From Epithemia pelagica (lineage: Eukaryota > Protista > Bacillariophyta): a DNA stretch of 64,000 bases. The notes beneath the pieces were generated by a model. It had not been told where the DNA came from. It searched no databases and saw nothing but the letters and a program-made list of their open reading frames with translations. Below, piece by piece: positions 24,134-35,583 of this stretch (position 1 is its first letter; the number at the start of each line of letters is the position of its first letter). A program made the translations under genes and the position numbers. Where the stretch lies: positions 3,410,001 through 3,474,000 of the forward strand of contig OX337231.1 in the NCBI GenBank assembly GCA_946965045.2, given 5' to 3'.

Positions 24134-25132
24134 ATGGCTCCGTCGAATGCCGAGGGGAACAAGCGGCAACGCTGGTCTGCCCCAAACCCTGAAGACTTTT
24201 TGTACCATGCCCGGTTGATCTGGAGCAACGATTCCCTTTTGTTCCACCGTAAAAAGGGGACCGTCCAAAGTGAGGAGCGGATGTTTCGGCAGTATTTTGG
24301 GTGTGGCATTCTTGTTTGCTTGAATTTGTGGTGCGCTCTTGTGGAGTCCGACTCGGTGCCTGTGTCAGGAACAATGTCCCATCTTCTTTGGACACTCATG
24401 TTCCTTCGGGTGTATGCAAAGGAACGAGTATTGTGCACTCTGGCTGGTGGTGTCAACAGGAACACGTTCTCGAAATGGACATGGCTCTTCATTGATGCCA
24501 TTGTCCGCCTTGAAAGTCAAGTGGTAAGTCTCCCTACAGTCGTTTTTGTTTGTTTTTGTTTCATTGTCTAACATTCCAAGAATGCTTTACAGATAGTGTG
24601 GGAAAACCGCTATAAGCTAGACAAAGGGAATGACTGCCTCATTAGTGTTGATGGGACAGACTTTCGGGTGGCTGAGAACGGACGCAAGTTCTACAGCCAC
24701 AAATTCAAGAAAAGTGCCCTCAGATATGAAATTGGGCTGTGTATTTTGACAGGGGATGTCGTGTGGTTGAATGGGCCCTACGTTGCTGGCAGCCACAACG
24801 ACATCACAATTTTCCGTGACTGTCTTCTGTCACACCTCGACCCCAATGAGAGGGTCGAGGCTGATGATGGCTACCGTGGCGAACATCCTGAGTTTGTCAA
24901 GTGCCCAGCTGGATTCAGCAATCCAGCAGACAATCTAAAAATGCAACAACGAGTCCGAAGCCGCCAAGAAACCATCAACAAGCGCTTCAAGGACTGGGGT
25001 TGTCTGCGTCAAACATGGCGGCATGACATTGCGTCCCATGGCCGTGCTTTCCGTGTCATCCTCATCGTCTCACAACTTGCAATCAACAACGGAGAGAAAC
25101 TCTTCTCCGTTGACTACACAGATCCATCCTAG
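24134..25132 (+). CDS. DDE transposase, DDE_Tnp_4/Harbinger-like, two exons, ~309 aa
   Basis: Exons 24134-24523 and 24593-25132 (intron GTAAGT...TTACAG). Catalytic motifs ISVDGTDF (D), FYSHKFKKSALRYEIG, GPYVAGSHNDITIFR, VEADDGYRG (D), RSRQETINKRFK (E). The N-terminal helix-turn-helix-like region reads HLLWTLMFLRVY...FSKWTW. Confidence 0.92.
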
Positions 25133-25472
25133 TCGTCCACAGATCCATAGTCCATAGTCGTAACAGATACTAGTGAAATTAGCCATTGTCGAAATTCGGG
25201 TTTTAGCTATGGACTGTCAACACTATCTGCTTCAAGGCAATGATTAACTAGGATAGGTTGTGTTATGACTACTAGCCAGACTTCTCGTTCGGACTCGACA
25301 GGTTATTGGCCGATCTCTTGGCAGCCTCTCGTCCGAGACGGAACCAGCTTTTAAGGCAATTTCAGTTCTGAAGCAAGGATGAGAGGATGTCTACCCTAGG
25401 ATCGTCTACGATCAGCTTTGCCTCGTTGTTTCGAATCATTCGATCGTTCTTGGGCATCATGCTGATCTCTTC

Positions 25473-26660
25473 TTAGTCTTTGGTCCGCTGCTCGTAAAAC
25501 TTCTTCGAAAGAACCTCTGCTAGCCACGTGGAGGTTGTTTTAGGGGCGTTGTTTCTCACCATTTGCTGTGGTATTTGTTGCTGTAATTGCTCTTGTTGTG
25601 TTTGCTGTATTCTTAGATGGTCGTATTCTAGTTGTGCTTGGAGATTAGAAACTTGGTGAGGTTGGTTCAGAAGCTGTAGTAGACTCCCAAAATTTGGGGG
25701 AGACGATGCATTGTTTCCACGTCGCAATTGAGCTGAGCTTGTACTTGAGGTTTCACGACTATGGGATACATTCATCCATGGCTGAGGCTGTCCCATGAAC
25801 CTTGGATGCTCTTGAAGAAGCCATCCTGTGCTTTCTTGTTCTTGATGTTGACGCCGAAGGGTCATGAGTAGATCGTACGATGATTGTTGTTGACTACGTG
25901 CTGGCTGTGATTGCCCATAAAAGACTGAAACAGGAGCAATGAATCTTTGTGAGCTTGGACCTAAGAATGATGCTTGAGCGCGGGAAGTGGCTTCGTTTTC
26001 CTGGGTAAGACTTTGTATCTGGTTTGTCAAATTTGCATTATCAGTCTTGAGGTTGGCAATCTCCGCAGCCATCTTGTAAACCGTTTGCTGCATATCATGA
26101 ACATGAATTCGGGCCCTCTTACGAGCACGTGCTGCGTTTTGCCGATTAGAGGCCCGTTTTGCCTCTAGAAGTTCTTCCGCTTTGTTCACTTCGACGCCGT
26201 CTTGGCCAGGTGTTTTGAAAGGGGTCGTTTCTTGACGGACTCCAGGCCCGGGATCATCATCCGCCTTTGGTTTCCCTCGTCCTGAAGGACACTTCTTCAT
26301 GCCTTCGGGTTTTCTTGCTTTGGCAGTTCTCTTGTCACGTTGAGTTTCGCATGAGGAGTGTCTCTGTTCAGCTTGGGTTGGCCTTGTCAAGTCGCCTTGA
26401 GGAACAGCTCTTATCGTTGTATCATGTCTCTGAGAACCTTCGGAAGCTGCCCAGCTATGACTTGTGAGGTCTGATTCCAAGGGTATAGCTTCTACTCCAT
26501 CTCCCGACCCTCTTTCATTCTCACTTCGAAGTGGATCATCGGCCTCTCGACAGCTTGCAGAGCTATGAAAAGTGTCCCCACCATCACCGCTTAAAGAACG
26601 TATATCGTCTTCGTCTTCCCCTTCACTCGACTTGGTGCTGGCAATGTCGTTCATCTGCAT
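25473..26660 (-). CDS. bZIP transcription factor
   Basis: Basic region KRASNRQNAARARKRAR followed by a heptad zipper (VHDMQQTVYKMAAEIANLKTDNANLTNQIQSL) and a Gln-rich C-terminus. Confidence 0.85.
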   Translation of the reverse strand: MQMNDIASTKSSEGEDEDDIRSLSGDGGDTFHSSASCREADDPLRSENERGSGDGVEAIPLESDLTSHSWAASEGSQRHDTTIRAVPQGDLTRPTQAEQRHSSCETQRDKRTAKARKPEGMKKCPSGRGKPKADDDPGPGVRQETTPFKTPGQDGVEVNKAEELLEAKRASNRQNAARARKRARIHVHDMQQTVYKMAAEIANLKTDNANLTNQIQSLTQENEATSRAQASFLGPSSQRFIAPVSVFYGQSQPARSQQQSSYDLLMTLRRQHQEQESTGWLLQEHPRFMGQPQPWMNVSHSRETSSTSSAQLRRGNNASSPPNFGSLLQLLNQPHQVSNLQAQLEYDHLRIQQTQQEQLQQQIPQQMVRNNAPKTTSTWLAEVLSKKFYEQRTKD

Positions 26661-28339
26661 GATAATGTAGGATCCAGAGCATTTTTTAGTCTCTGAAAGG
26701 GAGTGTCTATCAGTTCCAGAACTTGCTTGATGCTTTGAAAGAGTCGAGAATCAAGAAAAATGTGACGGCGCGGAGGAAATATTCGTGGAAGTAGAATCCT
26801 TTCAACAGTACTAAAGAGAACAATACGTACACAATGAAAATCACAAGCTCCAATAAGTATCAGGTTCGCATTTGTGCAGAGCGGATAAGGAATATGAAAC
26901 GATTATTCGAAGCAGAAAGCAGATGTCTGCGACAGAATATGGATTTATTTATTTTGTCTATAATTATTTTATGTCCCTGTATTCCACAGGGTGATGTCAC
27001 GTGTTGTCAATTGAACTCCTTCGAAGCAGAAGAACTCCAATTCTCTGAGGAGTGGGAAGATCTGAACTATGAGTAGTACTGGTCAATATATTGTCTATTG
27101 TATTACTCCTAGCTACCTATACGGAGCACGAAGTGCTGGAATATTCCAGTCCCGCTACTGAAAAGAAGAAGGCAAGCCCCGGATTGTTTGGATGGCTATG
27201 GAGCTAGAGAGCGAAGAGGACTACGTCCTCTAAATTAGAGGAACTAGCGGCATAGATGAGAAACGCCAACTCCCCAGAGTCCAAAGATCTTCTGAGACAA
27301 CAGACGCCTTCACATGGCTATGAACTTCGAGGCGTTCTGAAGAGCCGGGAGTAATGCTTTCCTATTTCTCCGGTGTTGTTATGGGCGTGGTGCAAATCCG
27401 AACACGGTCTCATTCTCCAAGGACATGTTCTATGTTCTCGGTTCTGCTGGATGTCAAAGGAAGCATGGTGGAAGCATTCTCTTTAAAACTCGAGTTCGAC
27501 CCGCTGAAGGCCTTTCGCCTTTCCTTTAACGCTACAAGAGCTACGACCTACAACGCTCTACGCTCTCTTGGGATCGAGTAATAAGATCTTCCAACTTCCA
27601 ATTCAATGTTGTCAGCTAGCATATGCCATCAGTGGCGATCTTGACAACATGGGCAAGTTCAAGCTATGGATCGACGATATGAATATGAGATCCGGGTGAG
27701 CTGATAGCCTGACTCTGGAAACCAAGTGGTGACAACATGATCTTCATGGTTCATGATGCTGTTGGCCTGCCAACTTTGGATGGATCTCATGGAGCTTTCA
27801 GACGAGGAAACCAAAATGAGGATACGGTGGATGGACTTCAGTCGATACGTCGCCCTTTTGCTTCTCCATACACAGAGCTCTCCAAAACCAATCCGAAGTG
27901 ATGTGTCTCCTTCAATAGGAAAGGCAATTGTATGCCATCAGTTGGGATTCAATGATGTCTCTCACCATTATCGTTGTTCGAAACTAATGTGAAGGTACGA
28001 ATAGATGATCATTGTCGTTTTCCTAGAGAAGGCGAACGGGGTTCCTATTCTCCATTAGGAGTACTTAGTACTTAGACTTACAAATAGAGGGCTTTTGAGA
28101 AGGCCATGATACTACATAGATAGTAGCTACGCGAGGCGCGAGGGCGCATAGAGTTTTGTGGTCGCTCTTGAGTCGGAAGCCGAGAAGTTTATTTCAACCT
28201 TCAACACACGTGTTCTCTCTTGTTCGATTTGCCCCGAACAAACGATAATCAAAGACGAAGTCCAAAGAGATTACGAGAGATAGAGCTTGGGGTCCACCTG
28301 TAGTGCCAACGTTAGAAGCTCTGAGACAGGGGACTCTCC

Positions 28340-30649
28340 ATGAAGAAGGCAGAGGGGAGAAATGAAGTAGTTTCTGGGAGTACATCATCCCAATCGCAAC
28401 CTCGAACCATCAAAGAGAACCAACGCGACGGCAACAAGCGACGTGTTGGGATTGACTCGTACCCTCGTACCACCATTGTTTTGTTTGGAAGCTCCTGGAG
28501 TGAATGCGGCTACTGTCAAGGAAGAAGGGCAGGGCTGGTGGATCGGCCATCGACCGAAAGTAGTCAGTCGTACACCATTCTAGTATCCAATTCGTCCCTG
28601 AGTCCTTCGTGGTACGAAGAACTTATTCATCAAGGATGGCGTCGTTCTGGACCGGCCATTTACAAACCTTACAACTGGACGTCTTGTTGCCCACTGCTAT
28701 CCATGAGATTGCCAGTTCAGGAATTCGCTCCCAGCAAATCACAACGCAAACTTTTGAGAAAGGTGAGCACTATGGAATTATCTCCAAGTGGACACAAACA
28801 AGAACAAGTATCAAACCAAACAACTAAACAAGACAAATCCAAGCCACTGTCTGGGGATATCACCTCTCCCAATAAGAAAAAGCAGAAACAGCATCGATCT
28901 TCGTCGAATCGATCCTGGCAAGCTGCATCTTCAACATCCAATGAACATCAGCCTTCTTTGTTTTTAGGAGAAGAGACTATGATCAATGAGAGCGAAATTC
29001 TTCAACTGCTCGGAACGTGGACAAGAGAAGCTCTACCTATCCTGTTGCCAGAGAGCTTGTCCTTGATACCTCCGAACGTGTCGTACAAATTGCGGAAACC
29101 AAGGCACAGCTCCAAACGTGAACCACCATCCAAATCGAACTCAAATGCAGCGGATCAATTGAAAAGTTCATCCAAGAACGAAAACTCATCTCCCTGGACT
29201 GCTGTTTGCACAATATGCGCTGCCATTTCGGGTCGTAGCCGTGGGGCGATCGACCGATCCCGACTGGTTCGTGATTTAGTTCAAGAGTTACAACGGCGAT
29301 TCGAGGTCCACAAACAATCAACGACACCGTGCACCCTGGTCAAAATTGACGCACATTTAGATTCGGGGCAGGTAGTGGCGTACCTACAGATTGACAACAG
29401 TCTTTGGGAGCAACAGAAACGTTCATCTGGTAGTTCTACGTCCTCCAGTCCTGCTGGCGACAGCAATGAACAAAACAACGGTGGTGCTGGTCATGTTTCA
29501 CGGACGCCAAAGCAGCAAGCATCAACGCATGATGTTTTGTTGGAATGGTGGAATCGAGAAAATCCAAAAGGTCCTGTCTTAAAGGATCGGTCCATCACTA
29601 TCGAAACCATGAATGCTTTTGAATCTTGCTTGGATCCAGCCGTTCATAGATTATATGCGAGCTACCAACACGAGGTCCACAAAGACCCTGACCCCTTTCA
29701 TGATGATATTGACGCCTTTTTGACATCTAATGACGAATTCAGAGACAGCAATGGAGATCAAGGAAATCCATGGGCAGTACTTGCTAGTCGGTATTCAGAA
29801 GGACTGCCACCCAAAAACAGCATTGGCGACGAAGGCCAACAACAACAACAACAACAGTATTCATTCTGGTTGAATCAGATACAGCAAATGGTGCAGCATG
29901 AATACGGCCACCTGACTCCGCAACGTCAGCTCCGGTTATCTCACTTTGTGGCCAAGTTTTGTGAATACTATGTGGTCAGTCAATTCTGTACCACACGACA
30001 ACAACAGTCAGTAACCAAACTCAACAACACCAATGATATTCCAGGTGGGACGTACCACCAACACTATCGAATCAATGGATTGCTGATTGCAGTTGGGGTT
30101 TTGGATATCCTACCTCGCGGGCTATCGTCAGTTTACTTGTTCTACAATCCCTCCTTCTCGCAAAGTATTCTTCCTCTTGGCAAGCTTTGTGCTGTCAGAG
30201 AAATTGAATATTGTCGAGATGTGTTATGTCTCCCCTATTATTACATGGGATACTATTTACATGCAAATCCAAAGATGCAATACAAGTCGGACTATGCCCC
30301 AAGTTACTTGTTGTGTCCAAAACATTATCGGTGGGTCTCAGCAAAGGACGCTGTTCCAAGGTTGCTTGCTCGAAGTCCACAACGGTATTGTTCTTCTCTA
30401 GTCGAGGACGATGATGAAGCGAGCGGACAATCTGGCACTGCTGAGAATGTCATTGCCGCAGCGTTGGGCCCCAGTGCCGACAAGTTTGATGGTGTACTTG
30501 AGAACATGCAGTTACACCTCAATGGAACTCAACTTCAACTACGCGATTTGACGGATGATGGTCAAGCATATTTGAAACCGCTTCTTTTGCCCTTTTGCCA
30601 ACAAGCTGGGCGCAGCGCAAGTCTAGATTGTATTGTCCATTTGGGTTAG
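28340..30649 (+). CDS. ATE1: Arginyl-tRNA--protein transferase
   Basis: ATE_N motifs SECGYC, LIHQGWRRSG, YKPYNWTSCCP...MRL; ATE_C motifs GTYHQHYRINGLLIAVGVLDILPRGLSSVYLFYNP, YYYMGYY...KMQYKSDYAPSYLLCP. Confidence 0.93.
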   Translation: MKKAEGRNEVVSGSTSSQSQPRTIKENQRDGNKRRVGIDSYPRTTIVLFGSSWSECGYCQGRRAGLVDRPSTESSQSYTILVSNSSLSPSWYEELIHQGWRRSGPAIYKPYNWTSCCPLLSMRLPVQEFAPSKSQRKLLRKVSTMELSPSGHKQEQVSNQTTKQDKSKPLSGDITSPNKKKQKQHRSSSNRSWQAASSTSNEHQPSLFLGEETMINESEILQLLGTWTREALPILLPESLSLIPPNVSYKLRKPRHSSKREPPSKSNSNAADQLKSSSKNENSSPWTAVCTICAAISGRSRGAIDRSRLVRDLVQELQRRFEVHKQSTTPCTLVKIDAHLDSGQVVAYLQIDNSLWEQQKRSSGSSTSSSPAGDSNEQNNGGAGHVSRTPKQQASTHDVLLEWWNRENPKGPVLKDRSITIETMNAFESCLDPAVHRLYASYQHEVHKDPDPFHDDIDAFLTSNDEFRDSNGDQGNPWAVLASRYSEGLPPKNSIGDEGQQQQQQQYSFWLNQIQQMVQHEYGHLTPQRQLRLSHFVAKFCEYYVVSQFCTTRQQQSVTKLNNTNDIPGGTYHQHYRINGLLIAVGVLDILPRGLSSVYLFYNPSFSQSILPLGKLCAVREIEYCRDVLCLPYYYMGYYLHANPKMQYKSDYAPSYLLCPKHYRWVSAKDAVPRLLARSPQRYCSSLVEDDDEASGQSGTAENVIAAALGPSADKFDGVLENMQLHLNGTQLQLRDLTDDGQAYLKPLLLPFCQQAGRSASLDCIVHLG

Positions 30650-31064
30650 TTGCGGATTGTTGTCGGATCACGATCTGTCAAGCAGTGGCATAGGGCGTTA
30701 CGATGACTCGTTGTTGGACAGCGAATAGATTACGTTCCCACGTATCATAGACTAGGTAGGAACTTTCGAATTCGAATCATCGCATCGCTATCGAACCCTT
30801 GTATGATGTGAGGTCGATAGGGGAGAGAAATAGATTGTCTTTCAGGTAGGCACCTATAATAAGTAGGAGTAAAACAAGTCCTGTGCTTATAGAAACCCCT
30901 CGTACCTTTAAGTTATCCAGATAGTTTTGTTCAATAGACAGTCAACAACCATGTTGGTGAGCGCATGGAAAAAGACAAACAAAAGTTACACAGTACACTA
31001 GCCAGTCCAAACAACACATTCTCATGTGCAATCCCCGCTTTCGCTTCACGTGAATGCTTGTTGA

Positions 31065-34000
31065 TTACACAACGGAACTGTCGTGGGTTTGTACCGATAA
31101 GAGATGACTGCTCACTTCCGACCGCGCTGGATCCCTCGAGACAACGTCACCATATTTCTCCAGCAAACGGTTTACCAGAAGCGTGGCTCCCCATGAGTGA
31201 TACGCCTGTACAGCTTGATCAAAGTGATAGGCGGCCCACGTTTCGTCTTTTCGATCTCGGATGAAGAACCGCCCAGCCAATTCGTGGGCGAGGCCCTTGT
31301 CTCGGTGATTACCCTGACGACCAGCCACCCACACAGATCCTTGATAGTTCTTCTCCGCCAGTGTATATCTTCCTTCAACACGTGAGAATTCAGCCTGGAT
31401 TAACTTAATCAAATGTCCTCCAAAGCGATAACCATAGTCCTTGATCCAATGGTTCAATTTTGCGACATGCTGAACTGCCGCTTTGTAATGTGCGTTTTTC
31501 CGTACTGGTTCAGATCCAGATGCACAGAGCATGAGACAGTTGAGGGCACAGTAGGCGTTGTGCAGAATGAGATGAGGAGAAGATGTTATATTCTTGATAG
31601 CCACCTCACTTCGTTTGCGTATATCTTCCGCACGTTTGTGTTCGCCGAGGAAGTACGTAAGCTGCAAGTCTCTGGACAAGAAGGCAAACTCCAAAAAGTC
31701 ATTTCCATAGCTCAACGCCTCATCTTTGGTCATGGAAAGCCCTGGTGCAGTTTCGGATCTCACATCCCTTGCGTCGCTTCGTAGGTTCAAAACGAGCTGC
31801 CAGGTGGCGTCGTGGATACCCGCAATGACGGGAGAACTGCCTTGTTGGATCTCAAGACTGTAGGTTCCCCCCAAGGACTCCATTTCATCCAATCGCTTTT
31901 GCCCGCAATCGAAGGAAACCGCATAGGCAGCTGCCAAACTGCAAAATGCGGGCAACAAGTCTCCACTTCCCAGACTCGAGCGGTAGGTTGACTCCAGACT
32001 CCGGTGGACGACTTGTGGTTCCACCGTCCATGATCGAATCTGGCTGTTCACCACAAATCGAATCATTCCAGCATTTTCTCGTGTGCCAAATCGCTCCATA
32101 AGTCGAAGTGCCGCATTGCCTACACGGTGGACAACTCGAGTGAGTTTTTCACTTGCTCATTCGATCGAGAAAACGCCTTCTGCATTGATACTTACCGAGA
32201 GCTGATGCTAGTCTCATATCCTTGCTTTGAAAAGTGGGAGAACTTCCCAGAGCCGCAAATACCAAGGGCGTTTGACTGGTGACACCGTACTTGATGGACC
32301 ATCGGACAATCTTCATGGTCAGACACATGAACAATCGTTGGTCGTATTCGTACGCAAAGGGCATCATGGCTTCCACCACGCTCATACCATGACGAAATTT
32401 GGTGCTGCTCATCTCGGGAAGTTGTGCGAGAGAATCTTCGGTTTGTTTGCGGAGGGTCATTTTCGTTTTGGTCATGTGTATCAGCAAGGACACCTTGTTG
32501 GACATGTCCACGACCGTCTTGACACCCAAACTCCTCAAGACACTAAAGCCTGTATCCAATGCTTCCTTGGTGTATCCTCGTGTTCCCGTGGCTCGAATCA
32601 ACAAGACGTGCGCCCGCAGATTATCTTCGGGTGTGGTGCCACTTCCCGTGATGCGATCGTAATGGAGGCGAACCTTGTCAAAATCGTCCACTCCAAAGGC
32701 TGCTTCCATGGCGCCAAAGGACAATTCCAATGACAGTCTGCCCTTGAGAAAGTCACTAATGCGCAGACATGTCAAGCCAAACTCAAAATAGGCCAAGGCG
32801 GTGGAAAAGGAAGCCCTGGACAGACATTTTTCACCCGCCAACAAGTTGTACAAGGCCAGTCCCATGCGTTCCTTACTGGACAAAAAGCCAATGCCCTTGC
32901 TGCACAAGTCAATACCCAAAAAGGACACGTACTCGGATCGTTGTTCTTCCATGAGTTCCAACAATCGTTCTCCAATGCGTAATTGAAGGAGTTGACGACT
33001 GTGTTTGGGAATGAGCTGAAAGGCGGCTTCTTGTATTTGATCGTGTGTAAAGGTGGTGCGAAGCGAAAAGGACGACAATGTCGCCGAGGGTGATGTTCGA
33101 TTCAAGAATCCATCCCGTACCAAGGCATCGATACAGGTGGCGGCATCCAAGTGACTGAGCGCCACATCAAAGAGTTCGACGGTATCAATCTTGTCAATAA
33201 TCGTACAGGCACTCTCGGGTTCAAAGGCTTGTCCCAAACACGCGAGAATTTGCAACACGACCCGGGTCGACATGGGTAATCGCAGAATCTTGGCCACTAT
33301 AAGGCCCAAAAAGTTGTGGGAAATATTGAGATCGGCAATCCGGAGTTCATCCCAGGCCCAAATTTGACGCGGGGCCCGCCATTTGAGGTAGAGTTCCTTT
33401 TCGAGATATTCCAAAAACAAGCGAACAAACAAGGGATTGCCCGACGTTTTGTGATGAACGACCTTGGACAAGATTTTCACGTCATTGACGGGTCGATCGA
33501 CGACCCGCGCCAAGAGTTCGGAAACCGAATCGTGGCTCAGGTTTTGCAAGTTGATGCGTCGGACCAAATCGTTGGCAAAAATACCAATACTGGATCCCAT
33601 GGCGGTATAACAAGACTCTTCTTCATGAATGTCATTGGTCCTCCACGTGAGGATTAACAAAAAGAGGGGATTTTCCAAATCGGAATGCAAGTAGCGGGCC
33701 AGCTCGAGCGATTCCGGGTCGGCCCATTGGGCATCGTCCAATACGAGAACACAGGGATTGCGATTGTGATGACACAGTCCTCGAAACAATTGTCTTAACA
33801 CATATTTGAGCCGTGGAACACGATGTTCGACACGAATGTTTTTGGCTGCCGTGGGAATGGCCTGAAAGGTACTTTCGGTGGTGGACGGTCGTGGTTTGGG
33901 TCGACCATACGGGTTCGTGCCACCACCACCCTCAGTTCCTCCTCCCACAACAGCACTGGTTGTCGTCGTGACTTCTTCCGGAACCTGATTGGCTGGATCG

Positions 34001-35583
34001 AGGGGCGGTTGTTGCAAAAAGGTAGCAAATTTGGGTGACAATTCTCCCAAGACGGGAATCGAGGAGGGGCCTCCAATGGCTTGCAAAATCCGGGAGCGCA
34101 ACTTGTCGGTTACAGTCGGTCCCTTGGCTTCAATTTGTTCCAACAAGTGTTCGAGGGCCAGGACAAAGGCACTGTAGGGTTCATGTTGTTGATCTTGTTC
34201 GGGATGGACGGATTGGGCCAAGGCGGGTTGATAATGCGTCGTATCGGCCGAGGCTGCGGCTGTGGTGGTGGTGGTCGTCGTTGTCAGTGTCGTGGTTGTG
34301 CTGCTATTGTTATTGCCGTTCGTGTTATTATTGTTGGTATTGTTGGCGAGTTCGGCCGCCATGCTGGCACTGTTGGGGACATGGGGACGGGCCTTGAGCG
34401 AGGATGTCACGGATGTGGTGGGCCAGACAAATTTGCCCAAGACAAAGTAGGGCGAACGATCCGTTTCGGCACGAGCCACGGGAGACGTGACGGTATCCTG
34501 TTCTTCGGCCGCGGCGGCTGCAGCCGCCTTGGTTTCCGCCTCCATCAAGGCTCGAACCAAGGAGGTTTTGCCCGTCCCCGCCTTGCCGGCAATGCAAATG
34601 ACGGAGGTCAAATTGCGATGACGCAGGCCCGTCGCCCCCGGCGCCGCCGCTCGTTTGAGCATGGAGGCATATTCTTGACGCAACAAATCCAGTTCCTTGT
34701 CACGATCGTACAAGGGCAATTCCGTCAGTGCCGTGGCAATCGAAGGACTCGTCGTTGTCGTCGTCGTCAAGGCGGTGCTAGTTTCAGGGGCGGCATTCGT
34801 TGTCGTAGTGGTCGTCAGGGCTGTCGAATCCAATGGGATCAAGTCCGTGCTCGAGGTTCGTACCGTCAATGCTGTGGAGGAGACCGGATCGGGTAGGGCA
34901 TTCCCACTGCCATTGGTGCTGGTGGAAGATGTCACTGGATCGGGGACTGGCGGCACCGACGGTGGACCATTCGTCGTACCAGGATGTTGTTGCAAATCCA
35001 CCATGGACGACGACGACAAGGGCGAGGCTTCGGGGTCCTCTCCTCCCAAGGGCAATTGGGTGCTGGATGCGGCCGTGGTGGCCGTCACGACACTGCTGCC
35101 GACCAATTGATTGTCGGACCGCAACACCACGGGAGGACCGGCTGCACCACCACCACTGCGATTGGTGGGCACGGAACTTGTCGTCGTCGTCGTCGTCATG
35201 TGCGCTTGTTGTTCAAAGGAGGCTTGCAATTCTTTTTGCGGCAAGGACAGAGCCGTGGTCGAAGTGGGTGAAATGCCGGCTTCCAACGGTTTGTGCGGAT
35301 TTTTCAAGAGCAAGGGTTTGGTTTCATGAATCACCACCTTGTTGTTGTTGTGTGCCTCGAAGGGCATGGGCTGTTCGGGCCGCGAAGAAAGGAGGGACGT
35401 GCTGCCAGTGATTCCTACGAAACCACTGTTGTTCCAGGCTCCGTCGTCTTCGTCACTGGACAAGGAAAAATCGTGATGGTCCACACCCGCCGCCGAATCG
35501 TTCGAAGCAAACTGCAAGGTCTCCGCAGCAATGTGGTTGTTCCCTTCTTGCTGCTGATTTGTCGTATACAATAAAGGATCCAT
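31065..35583 (-). CDS. STAND-class (AAA_16-like) P-loop ATPase with C-terminal TPR-like helical region, two exons, ~1,480 aa
   Basis: Exons 35583-32196 and 32119-31065 (intron GTAAGT...GTGTAG). Motifs LYDRDKELDLL, Walker A GKAGTGKTS, Walker B VLVLDDAQWAD, KTSGNPLFV, FTHDQIQEAAF; C-terminal LAHELAGRFF...AVQAYHSWGA. Confidence 0.85.

Larger units (their letters stand above)
21957..25363. mobile_element. Autonomous PIF/Harbinger-like (PHIS) DNA transposon, 3,407 bp
   Basis: Left TIR GAAATTGCCTTAAAAGCTTGTTCCGTCTCGGA (21957-21988). The right TIR reverse-complements to GAAATTGCCTTAAAAGCTGGTTCCGTCTCGGA (25332-25363), 31/32 identical. 3-bp TSD AGT at 21954-21956 and 25364-25366. Encodes a DDE transposase (+) and a divergent second protein (-). 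Confidence 0.93.

Noticed and set aside
26700-28300. Possible decayed coding sequence in the long bZIP-ATE1 intergenic region
   Set aside because: Only short stop-interrupted frames with no identifiable family; a tblastx search would be needed.
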